Positions 8,755 through 17,094 of a stretch of 64,000 nucleotides of DNA are shown here, one piece after another. The stretch comes from an uncultured bacterium. GTDB taxonomy: Bacteria > Acidobacteriota > Thermoanaerobaculia > Multivoradales > JAHZIX01. Numbering within the stretch: the first letter of the stretch is position 1; each line of letters begins with the position of its first letter. The notes beneath the pieces are model-generated. The model saw only the letters and a program-made list of their open reading frames with translations, did no database searches and had not been told where the DNA came from. The position numbers and the translations under genes were made by a program. The DNA lies in contig CBDUPA010000005.1 of the NCBI GenBank assembly GCA_965368975.1, positions 1 to 64,000 of the forward strand. Reading direction: 5' to 3'.

Positions 8755-9270
8755 CTATTTCTGCCCTGCAGCCGGCCGTGGCCGTGTCGGTATCGGACCG
8801 CGGCGCGGTGGATAGAGGGCCAGGTTCTGGTTCACTGCGTAGCCGGCGCTCACCAGGTCGCGCATCAGCGCGAACTTCCAAATGCCGATCTCGTCCATCG
8901 GCATGCACAGCACCTCGGAGAACGCCTCGGGCAGGTCCATGCCCTGCTCGGACAGTGCGGTGACGTAGCGGCGGCCGAACTTGCCGATGAAGTAACCGAG
9001 CTTGAACACCACATTCTGCCCGGGCCTCGGCTTGAGTTGGACGTCGCCCTTGGTGCCGATGCGGCCCAGGTCGTCCGGGGTCAACAAAACCACGGCGTAC
9101 GAATGCGACGCGTAGTCCTCAAAGCGCTCGACGACGGTCTGTGGCTCCTGGTCGTGCAGCGGGATCGGATTCAGGCCGATGGTTTGCAGAAAGCGCACCA
9201 CGGCCTGCGAAGCTTCCCCTGCTTGCGTATAGACGACGAAGACGTTTTTCTTCTTATGGACCAGGGCCAC
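8755..9270 (-). CDS. Stand-alone TIR-like nucleotide-binding domain protein (CAP12/Pycsar-effector TIR type)
   Basis: VFVV, GLNPIPLH, TVVERFE, YAVVLLTPDD, RPGQNVVFKLGYFIGKFGR motifs. Confidence 0.85.
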   Translation of the reverse strand: MALVHKKKNVFVVYTQAGEASQAVVRFLQTIGLNPIPLHDQEPQTVVERFEDYASHSYAVVLLTPDDLGRIGTKGDVQLKPRPGQNVVFKLGYFIGKFGRRYVTALSEQGMDLPEAFSEVLCMPMDEIGIWKFALMRDLVSAGYAVNQNLALYPPRRGPIPTRPRPAAGQK

Positions 9271-9429
9271 GATCTACCTTTCCCCTTCACCCTATCCTAA
9301 ACTGGCGCGGTCTTCAGCCCAACCCCTCTCATCCGCCTGCTGACGCGGGTCTCGGGTGGCTGACTTCCCGCGTGCGGGTTTCGCTACTTACGTGCGACGA
9401 CAACCGCGGATCGGGACGATGGGGACACA

Positions 9430-10635
9430 TCAGAAAGTCGTGACCTCGAAGCCTTCTTTGAGGTTCCGAATCAGGGATTCTGCGTGCTGGCGATCGCGAG
9501 TCTCCAGGGTCACGTCGACGTCAGCTTGCCACAGTGGGGAATCGCCGAACGCGCGATTGTGTTGAATCTGGATCACGTTGCCGCCTTGCTCGGCCACGGC
9601 CAGCAGGAACTTGGCCAGTCCGCCGGGCTTGTCGTCGACACGCACGGCCAAGCGCACCAGCCGCTGTTCCTGCACCTGGCTGCGTTCGAGCACCATACTC
9701 AGCTGGTGCAGGTCGATGTTGCCGCCGCACACCAGCGCCACGACCTTCTTGCCTCGCAGTTCTGGAAACCGACCGGCCCGCACTGCCGCCACGCCGGCTG
9801 CACCAGCACCTTCGGTGACTACTTTCTCGCGCTCGAGCAGGTAGAGGATGGCACTGGCCAGTTCCTCTTCGCTCACCGTGCGCACATCATCCACCCGCTC
9901 GCGGACGACTTCGAAGGTCTTGGCGCCGGGGCAGGTCACGCGGATGCCGTCGGCGATGGTGCGCTTGGACTCGAGCGTCACTCTCTGGCCCGCCTGCAGG
10001 CTAGCGCGCATCGACGGTTGCAACGCGGACTGCACGCCGAACACCTTGGCTTGCGGTCGTAGCGCTTTGATTGCCGTCGAGATACCGGCGATCAAGCCAC
10101 CGCCACCCACTGGTACGATCACCGCGTCGAGATCCGGTACCGCCTCCAGCATCTCCAACCCCAGCGTGCCCTGACCGGCCATCACCTCGTCGTCGTCGAA
10201 GGGGTGGATGAAGGTCAGTCCCTTCTCCTGCTGTAGGTGGCGCGCTTCCTTGTACGCTTCGTCGTAGTTCTCGCCCGCCAGAACTACCTCGGCGCCGTAG
10301 CTCCGCGTGTTCTCGACCTTGATTCCCGGCGTTGTCGTTGGCATCACGATCGTGGCCTGCAGCCCCAGGCGGCCGGCGTGGTAGGCGACCCCCTGCGCAT
10401 GGTTGCCTGCCGACGCCGCGATCACCCCGCGTGCCTTCTCTTCGTCGCTCAGGCACAAGATCTTGTTTGCCGCACCGCGCTCCTTGAACGCACCTGAGAC
10501 CTGCAGGTTGTCGAACTTGCACCACACGTCGGCGTCGCATTCCTGTGACAGCCGCGGCGAGCGCCAGCAAGGGGTGTCGCGCAGGTACTGACGAATACGG
10601 TCGCGCGCAGCTTGGACGTCATCGAGCGTGATCAA
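9430..10635 (-). CDS. ilvA: Threonine ammonia-lyase (PLP) with C-terminal ACT domain
   Basis: GAFKERGA PLP lysine, ASAGNHAQG, HPFDD, VGGGGLI, GGNID, DDKPGGL ACT motif. Confidence 0.9.
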   Translation of the reverse strand: MITLDDVQAARDRIRQYLRDTPCWRSPRLSQECDADVWCKFDNLQVSGAFKERGAANKILCLSDEEKARGVIAASAGNHAQGVAYHAGRLGLQATIVMPTTTPGIKVENTRSYGAEVVLAGENYDEAYKEARHLQQEKGLTFIHPFDDDEVMAGQGTLGLEMLEAVPDLDAVIVPVGGGGLIAGISTAIKALRPQAKVFGVQSALQPSMRASLQAGQRVTLESKRTIADGIRVTCPGAKTFEVVRERVDDVRTVSEEELASAILYLLEREKVVTEGAGAAGVAAVRAGRFPELRGKKVVALVCGGNIDLHQLSMVLERSQVQEQRLVRLAVRVDDKPGGLAKFLLAVAEQGGNVIQIQHNRAFGDSPLWQADVDVTLETRDRQHAESLIRNLKEGFEVTTF

Positions 10636-10665
10636 GGTCTCTCCTCCAGCAAATCAGAATTCAGG

Positions 10666-11121
10666 TCATTCGAGTCCCGTCGAGCCGAACCCACCCTCGC
10701 CTCGGTGGCTGTCCGCCAGCGTCTCCGCCTCTTGCCACACCACAGCTGTTACTGGTGCCACCATTAGCTGCGCCACTCGATCCCCGCGCTCGATCGTCAG
10801 CGGCTGATCCCCGAGGTGGATCAGGATCACGCCGACCTCTCCCCGATAGTCGCTGTCGATCGTCCCCGGCGCATTGGCGACGGTCACACCGTGCTTCAGC
10901 GCCAGCCCGCTACGCGGTCTCACCTGCCCTTCGTAGCCGTGCGGCAGTTCCAGCACCAGGCCGGTCGGAATCAGCCGACGTTCCCCTGGCTGCAGGATCA
11001 CCGGAGCGTCGAGCGCGGCCCGCAGGTCCATACCGGCGCTGCCCACGGAGGCAGCCTCCGGCAGCGGCAGGCCGTCAGCGTGCGGCAGACGTCGCAGACG
11101 GATCGAGAGTGGTTCGGACAT
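10666..11121 (-). CDS. dut: dUTP diphosphatase
   Basis: [37 protein letters not shown]. Confidence 0.97.
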   Translation of the reverse strand: MSEPLSIRLRRLPHADGLPLPEAASVGSAGMDLRAALDAPVILQPGERRLIPTGLVLELPHGYEGQVRPRSGLALKHGVTVANAPGTIDSDYRGEVGVILIHLGDQPLTIERGDRVAQLMVAPVTAVVWQEAETLADSHRGEGGFGSTGLE

Positions 11122-11170
11122 GCATGGAAGATAGCCCGAAAGCGTGTCGGTTCCAAGTCGCGTGGGGAGA

Positions 11171-13324
11171 CTACCGATCCACGACGAGTTCGAGTTCGCC
11201 GAGATCCAACCCTTGCCCTTCGCTCAGCTCGATAGACCGGAGCAAGCCTGGCGCTGCGAGTTGGTACCCGCCGGCAGGTAGATGTGGCAACTCGAAGCGA
11301 CCATCTGCGCCGGGTCGAGCGCTGGCGTTCCAGCGTCCGTCGTGCAGCGACTGCAGACGCAGCGTGCCCCGGAACGGTCTACCCTCGGTGTCGAGGAGGC
11401 GCCCGGCGACGGAGCCGGAGGGGAGTGGGAGAACCAAGTCCGGTGGTACCTCCCCTGCGTCGAGCAAGGCAATGGGAACGCTACCTGCGGGTGCCGGATC
11501 CTGGGTGTCCCCGAACTGTAAGAAGAGCTGTAGCGCTTCACCTGGGCGATGGTCCACGCGATAGCGTCCGGGCTCTTCTGGGTAGTGGTGGTCCGAGCGG
11601 TCGCCCGAGATGCTGAACAGCGTTGCCTGGGCGAAACGCCCGGCCGGCGCCGGTACCAGGTCCACCCGGATCTTTGGGGCCCCGGTCCGCAACTCGACGA
11701 TCGAGGTCTCGCCGGCTTTCACTTCGGCTGTGACGCGATGACGGCCCCCTTGCACGATGACCATCGAGCCCAGGTTGCGCACTTCTGGTAACTCGACCGT
11801 ATAGCGTCCAGGTGCCAGTGCGGCGGTCTGCCACTCGCCGGCACCGTCAGTGTTGTGCATACCGCCACCTGGGGAGACCTGCACTCGGCAACCGCGGCAT
11901 GGTGCCTCCTCGCTCTCGTCCCACACGCGCACCAACAGGTGGCCGCCACGGCTGAGCGTCAGCTCGATCGGTTCGTCGACGGCGGTCGGTGGAATCGCGA
12001 CGCGACGGCTCGCATAGCCCGAGGCAGTGATCTCAACCTGTATCAAGTCGTCCAGCGCCGCGGTCAGGTAGAAGGTGCCGTCAGCGTCCGTCACGGCGGC
12101 GCCCACACCAGGCGGATCCAGCACGCGCAGCCGTGCACCCTCGACCGGCTCCCCGGTTTCGAAGTCGACCACTTGCCCGCTCAGCTCGGGCGCAGGTTCC
12201 AGCGTCACGTCAGCGACTTGTCGACGCCGCCCGGCGTCCAGCTCGACTTGCAACTGCTGGGCTCGATAGCCGGGGGCCGCCAGGAGCAGCGCGTAGTGTC
12301 CCGCCGGGATGTCGTCGATCTGGAACTGCCCCTCCTCGTTGGTCGGCCGCCGTGCCGCAGCGCCGCCTGCCCCGGCATCCAGCGAGCGGAGTGTCGCCAA
12401 CACGCCGGACAGCTTGGCTCCATCGGTGTCGACCACGCGCCCGGCCACGCTTGCCAGCGGAGCCAGTGCGCATTCGGCGAGTACGGGCAGTTGCTGAAAG
12501 CTCAGCTGCTCCGTCGCGTGGCCCAACGCCAGACACCGGACCTGTGTCGGCACGTCCGCCCGCAGTCCGGACACCGTCGCACGTCCGTCCGCATCCGTCG
12601 TGGCTTCGAAGAAGATCAGATCTTCCGGTCCCAACCCTTGACTCAAACCCACCTGTGTCTCGCCTAGCGGCAGTCCGTTCGTGTCTGTCACGACGATTCC
12701 TAGGCTCAGGCCCGGATCCACCCAGATCTCGCCCAAGTCGTAGACCAGCTCGGCCTCGGACTCCGTCTCTTGGCTGGCCGGTGGTGGTGGCAGGATCTCG
12801 AACGCGTCCGTGTGGTGTTGCCGCCCGCCCGGCAAAGTGGTGGTCAAGCGGTAGTGTCCCGGTGTCAGCTTCGGCAATCGGAAGGTGCCGTCCTTGTTGC
12901 TCTCGATCGAACGCACGAGGGCGCCATCGTCGAGCCTCAGCGGCATCGTCACCAGCCGCGCCGTCGGCAGGGCTGCCGGCACGATGCGAATGATCGCACC
13001 GGGAATCGGCTCTTCGCCGAGCACGTAGCCTCCTATGACGGGCAAGCCCGCCCGCGGAGCCGGTGGCGTCCAGGTAGTGCCGTCGTTGGCGGGAAAGTGG
13101 ACGTCGCACCCGAGTGGCTGGCCAGCGCCGCCGGAGCAGAGCAGCAAGATTTCGCTGTCCGGCAGCTCGATGGCCGGAGAGTCGGCGTCGAAGTGGTGGA
13201 GTTGGGGAGCGTCGTTGGAACTCAGGGGGGTAACTTCGAGCCAGCTGGGCGCCTCTTCCGCGCCACTAGCCACACTCAGCCAGGCGAGTGCTAGTGCGAC
13301 GAGAGTCACCCTACATTGACTCAT
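11171..13324 (-). CDS. Exported protein with multiple carboxypeptidase-regulatory-like repeats
   Basis: ATG 13324 overlaps the peptide gene stop (ATGA); signal peptide; repeated GRVVD..G.P..GA / TDADG.F / PAG.Y motifs. Confidence 0.8.
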   Translation of the reverse strand: MSQCRVTLVALALAWLSVASGAEEAPSWLEVTPLSSNDAPQLHHFDADSPAIELPDSEILLLCSGGAGQPLGCDVHFPANDGTTWTPPAPRAGLPVIGGYVLGEEPIPGAIIRIVPAALPTARLVTMPLRLDDGALVRSIESNKDGTFRLPKLTPGHYRLTTTLPGGRQHHTDAFEILPPPPASQETESEAELVYDLGEIWVDPGLSLGIVVTDTNGLPLGETQVGLSQGLGPEDLIFFEATTDADGRATVSGLRADVPTQVRCLALGHATEQLSFQQLPVLAECALAPLASVAGRVVDTDGAKLSGVLATLRSLDAGAGGAAARRPTNEEGQFQIDDIPAGHYALLLAAPGYRAQQLQVELDAGRRRQVADVTLEPAPELSGQVVDFETGEPVEGARLRVLDPPGVGAAVTDADGTFYLTAALDDLIQVEITASGYASRRVAIPPTAVDEPIELTLSRGGHLLVRVWDESEEAPCRGCRVQVSPGGGMHNTDGAGEWQTAALAPGRYTVELPEVRNLGSMVIVQGGRHRVTAEVKAGETSIVELRTGAPKIRVDLVPAPAGRFAQATLFSISGDRSDHHYPEEPGRYRVDHRPGEALQLFLQFGDTQDPAPAGSVPIALLDAGEVPPDLVLPLPSGSVAGRLLDTEGRPFRGTLRLQSLHDGRWNASARPGADGRFELPHLPAGGYQLAAPGLLRSIELSEGQGLDLGELELVVDR

Positions 13325-13575
13325 CCAGCGGGCTTCCAGCTGCAAACACGATTGCAGCCAGTCGAGCTGCAACCACACCAACCCACAAAGTGCCAACCTG
13401 GGTTGTCGCCGCAACCGCAGTTCGTTTGGCAGCAGTATTGGCAGTTGGCAGGGCAGTTGCCGGAACCACCACTCCCAGCTCCCGGATCCTGTTGAAACTG
13501 AGCAGGGGTGAGTAGAGCAAAAGCGGAACAGGCGACGACGAGGACCAGGGCGATCCAGAAGAATCTTTTTCGCAT
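13321..13575 (-). CDS. Secreted cysteine-rich peptide, copy 1 (84 aa, 10 Cys in the mature part)
   Basis: AGGAG RBS before ATG 13575; MRKRFFWIALVLVVACSAFA signal, Gly linker, then [44 protein letters not shown]; homologue at 25.1-25.4 kb. Confidence 0.85.
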   Translation of the reverse strand: MRKRFFWIALVLVVACSAFALLTPAQFQQDPGAGSGGSGNCPANCQYCCQTNCGCGDNPGWHFVGWCGCSSTGCNRVCSWKPAG

Positions 13576-13585
13576 GACGAGACTC

Positions 13586-14608
13586 CTATTGTTGGCTTGG
13601 GTCTGCAATACCTTGCTCGAGCTGTTCAAAAGGAACTGCCGAGACGCACAGTTGAGAGTGTGGAAAACCGGCGGGCACGAAGAACAGGAAGTTCTCGTCC
13701 CAGGCACTGTGAGATAGAGCGCAGCATGAAGTTGCGACTTCATGAAGACTGACGGCATGCACTTGCCCTTGTACAGCCAACTTTCTCAGCTGAGCAGTAC
13801 CGCGCTCCTTGTCGCACCGCTCGACCCACCAAGCATTACCTTCCGGATCCAGCGTTGGGAAGGACCACAACTCGAAGCTGGATTCGAGCCTTTCGCCCTG
13901 CTCTTTCTGTTGCTGGTCCATCTGGTCCAGCATGGGTTTCAACTCGTCGAGTTTTGGATGCAAGAAGCGCTCGTGGAGCAGGACTTGACCTTGGAAGTCG
14001 TACACCATGATCGTGCCGCTCAGGCTGTCAATGCTCCACAGACGCCCCCTTGCGAAGTCGACTTCGAGGAAGACATCTCGCAACACAAAGTGTCCGGTTC
14101 CTGTTGCAGGGATCGCATCCTCCTCTCCCCAGCGGTCCACGATCGCTTTCTCGTTTAGGTCGTAGATCCAGATTCGCTCCGGCGAACGCCTAGGAGACAG
14201 GGCGAGTCGGTTTTCGCCGAGCCATGCGACTGCTCCGACGGGTCCGCCAAGTGGGCCGATGAAAAGCTCGCCCTCGTCTGGCTTCCGTTTCACCCACAGG
14301 GCTTGCTGATCCAGGCCGACTGCGACCAGGCCCCACTCCGAGTCGAAGTCGACATAGCGAATATCGGGAAAGCGGACGGTGTGGAGCCACTGGCCAGCTG
14401 GCGTCAGGATTCGTAACCAACCACCGTTACGGAAGTTCCAGGTCCAGAGGTTCCCGACACGATCTGTTCCCATCTCGCTGGCGGTCACGTGTTCGAGAAC
14501 CTGGAGGGCTGTCGAAGATGGTGGGTTTGATTGGGAGACTAGACAGAGCGGCAGGCAGAGTCCAAGGACCCAGCAATAGAGACTTACTCGCTTGAGGAGG
14601 TACTGCAT
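13586..14608 (-). CDS. Exported hypothetical protein, probable beta-propeller (NHL/YncE-like), copy 1
   Basis: Signal peptide; ASEMGTDRVGNLW, DSEWGL, GENRLALSP and SIDSLSG motifs shared with 25397-26380. The fold is inferred. Confidence 0.75.
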   Translation of the reverse strand: MQYLLKRVSLYCWVLGLCLPLCLVSQSNPPSSTALQVLEHVTASEMGTDRVGNLWTWNFRNGGWLRILTPAGQWLHTVRFPDIRYVDFDSEWGLVAVGLDQQALWVKRKPDEGELFIGPLGGPVGAVAWLGENRLALSPRRSPERIWIYDLNEKAIVDRWGEEDAIPATGTGHFVLRDVFLEVDFARGRLWSIDSLSGTIMVYDFQGQVLLHERFLHPKLDELKPMLDQMDQQQKEQGERLESSFELWSFPTLDPEGNAWWVERCDKERGTAQLRKLAVQGQVHAVSLHEVATSCCALSHSAWDENFLFFVPAGFPHSQLCVSAVPFEQLEQGIADPSQQ

Positions 14609-14864
14609 TGCGGGAGTCTAGGATGGATGTCTTACCTGGTCAAACCTGGACTGGTCTACTCTCCCGGAACTCACCCTAGCTGTCGCAAGCACTCGCCAAC
14701 TCGCTGCAGGTAGTCGCGTTCATGATCGTCGTCCCAGCCATCGCTGGACGTCTCAGCCGAAGGTTTCTGCCACCTCGAAACTCAGTCCCGGCAAGACGGA
14801 CGAAGTTGCACGGCGCTGCGCGCTTGGTAGGTTGGATCCATGCCGGAATGCGAGCAGAAGCTGT

Positions 14865-16712
14865 TCATGGCCTGGTTCCGACCGCCAACTCGAAGCCGAA
14901 CCCCTTCTCTTCCGCCTCGCCCAACCTTCGCTTGTACCCGTCCGTCGAGAAGCGTTCTCTCAGGCGCCGGCTGACCGGCAGCACCATGGGGACCGGCTGC
15001 CATTCGTAGGGCTTCCCGGTGCGCAAGTCCCGCACTCGGCCTTCGTCGACGGCGCGGCTGGCTTCCGCGACGGGGAGGTGGCGCAGAGCTCTGCGTAGAG
15101 CTTCGAAGATCACTTCGTGTTCCGGCTCGAGGAAGCGCAGCACTTTCTTCGACGACACCGCCATGTGGTAATGCGAAGGGACGAAGGCGAGGCCGTCGAG
15201 GTCGAGACGTTCGCAGGCGACGACCAGCAGGGCGACGACGTCGCGCAGCATGCCGAGGCCGGGGTGTTTCTGGCCGGGCAGGGGAGTGCGACCGTCGGTG
15301 AATTCGGCGCGGGGGTGTTGTAGCAGCAGCCACTCGACGCGTAGCAACTCCATGCCGGAGATCGTGCTGCGGTCGCGGCGTACGCGCAGCTCGGTGAGCA
15401 GTTCGCGGTGGTCCGGGTCGCCGAACAGACGCAGGGTATGTCCGGCGGTGCTGTCGAGATCGAGATCGAGGGTGATACCTCGGTAGCCCATGGCGCGGGC
15501 GCGGTCGAGGAGGCCGGAGCGCTCGAGTACCAGTTCCAGGCCGTGCTTGGAGTAATAGCCGAGAAAGCGACTTTGGCGATTGGCCTGGGCCAGCGAGCCG
15601 TAGATATCCTCTTCGGTCAGCTTCCAGTCGTTCTCGGTCTCCTGCATGCCGGTGAGGTCGCGCGGGTCGAGCAGGCTGGAGAGATGGCGGTAGCGCAGCA
15701 ACGTGATCTCTTCAGTCGACGGTGGCTCGAGACGGCGGCCTCGGTTGAGGATGGAGCCAAAGAAGCGCGCGCTATAGCGCCACGCCTTCGAACCGTAGCC
15801 ACCAGCCAGGACGATCACGGTGGGTATGCGATGCCCGCCAACGCGATGACCGCCGTGGCGGAGCCGCTCGTAGACGAAGCGGTCGCGCTGCCACATTCCG
15901 TCGGCGCTGATCTTCCAGTCGCCGATCTGGTCGTCCGCCGCCGGGTCGCAGCCGGCGAGGTAGAAGGTGAACTGCGGACGGAACTGCTCGATGACAGGGG
16001 GCAGATGCTCTTCGATGGCTGCCAGGTAGGTTCTGTCGTCGACACCGCTGCCGAGCGCCAGGCTGAACGAGGCGGTAGCGTGGTCCTCGCTCCAGGGTTG
16101 GTTGTGGATCGAGAAGGTGAAGACGCTGTCGTCGAGGGCGAAGATCGAGCGTGTGCCGTCGCCGTCGTGGAGGTCGAGGTCGATGAGCAGGATGCGGCCG
16201 TAGAAGCCGTGCTCGCGCAGCGACGCGATGGCGATGGCGACGTCGTTGAAGACGCAGAAGCCCTGCCCTTTGTCCGCGTGCGCGTGGTGCGTGCCGCCAG
16301 CCAGGTTGAGCGCCAGGCGGCCGCTGGTGCGCGCCAGGTGGGCGGCGTAGAGGGTACCGCCGGCCATGGCACGCTGGACGGCCAGGAAGTCGTCGAGTTC
16401 GGTGTCGCTGACCTTGACGCCGACGATCTTGGTCAGTGACTCGGGTGCGCGCAGCGAGTCGAGATAGTCGTCGGTGTGCACCCGCCGCAGTGCCTGCACT
16501 GACGCAGGCCGTGGGCGGTGCACGGGCGTTGGCGGCAGCAGACCCTCGTAGCCCAGGAAGGTGAGAATGCGCTCGCCGCGTAGGGCGTCATAAGGGACGG
16601 CGGAATGACCCCGGCTGTAGGCCTCGGTGTAGAGGAGGTCGACGTGCGGCGGCCACAGCCGGCGATGCCACCGGCGCGCGGTGCGCTGCAGGGTCTGCCA
16701 GATACTGGGCAT
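14865..16712 (-). CDS. Histone deacetylase-family protein with a long C-terminal extra domain
   Basis: GGTHHA, GFCVFND, DLDLHDGDGT, GCD..DD, LAGGY motifs, then about 270 further residues. Confidence 0.9.
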   Translation of the reverse strand: MPSIWQTLQRTARRWHRRLWPPHVDLLYTEAYSRGHSAVPYDALRGERILTFLGYEGLLPPTPVHRPRPASVQALRRVHTDDYLDSLRAPESLTKIVGVKVSDTELDDFLAVQRAMAGGTLYAAHLARTSGRLALNLAGGTHHAHADKGQGFCVFNDVAIAIASLREHGFYGRILLIDLDLHDGDGTRSIFALDDSVFTFSIHNQPWSEDHATASFSLALGSGVDDRTYLAAIEEHLPPVIEQFRPQFTFYLAGCDPAADDQIGDWKISADGMWQRDRFVYERLRHGGHRVGGHRIPTVIVLAGGYGSKAWRYSARFFGSILNRGRRLEPPSTEEITLLRYRHLSSLLDPRDLTGMQETENDWKLTEEDIYGSLAQANRQSRFLGYYSKHGLELVLERSGLLDRARAMGYRGITLDLDLDSTAGHTLRLFGDPDHRELLTELRVRRDRSTISGMELLRVEWLLLQHPRAEFTDGRTPLPGQKHPGLGMLRDVVALLVVACERLDLDGLAFVPSHYHMAVSSKKVLRFLEPEHEVIFEALRRALRHLPVAEASRAVDEGRVRDLRTGKPYEWQPVPMVLPVSRRLRERFSTDGYKRRLGEAEEKGFGFELAVGTRP

Positions 16713-16721
16713 GGGGTCATG

Positions 16722-17060
16722 CTACCGCAGCAGCACGATCGTCGCGCCCCACTCACCCCCACCCATGCCTCCATCCCGAAACTCGACCACCCGTGGATCC
16801 CGCTCCAGCAGCGTACGCACGGTCTTGCGCTGCACGCCCATGCCCTTGCCGTGAATGATGCGCAGCTCGCGCAACCCCTGCTCGTAGGCGGCGTCGAGAT
16901 AATCCAGCACCACGTCCTTGACCTCCTTGGGACGGAAGGGATGGAGGTCGAGGACGTCAGTGATGGGGATCTCGATGGGCTGGCCGACCGCGCCCCCTTC
17001 TGCCGAATTCAGTTCTGGATCGAACTCGGCTTCGTAGAAAGGGTTGTCACGGTCGACCAT
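16722..17060 (-). CDS. Smr/MutS2 C-terminal domain protein
   Basis: VLDLH, RIIHGKG.G, GGEWGATIV motifs. Confidence 0.9.
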   Translation of the reverse strand: MVDRDNPFYEAEFDPELNSAEGGAVGQPIEIPITDVLDLHPFRPKEVKDVVLDYLDAAYEQGLRELRIIHGKGMGVQRKTVRTLLERDPRVVEFRDGGMGGGEWGATIVLLR

Positions 17061-17094
17061 GCTTGACTCGTAGGGTGTCAGCCGAGGGAGCGGC

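Noticed and set aside
13576-13758. N-terminal extension of the 145-aa ORF 13321..13758
   Set aside because: Overlaps the propeller gene; the RBS and signal peptide point to ATG 13575.
14609-14864. 256-nt intergenic region as a possible ncRNA or riboswitch
   Set aside because: No recognisable conserved RNA motif by eye; probably the promoter region of the peptide module. An Rfam search would decide.
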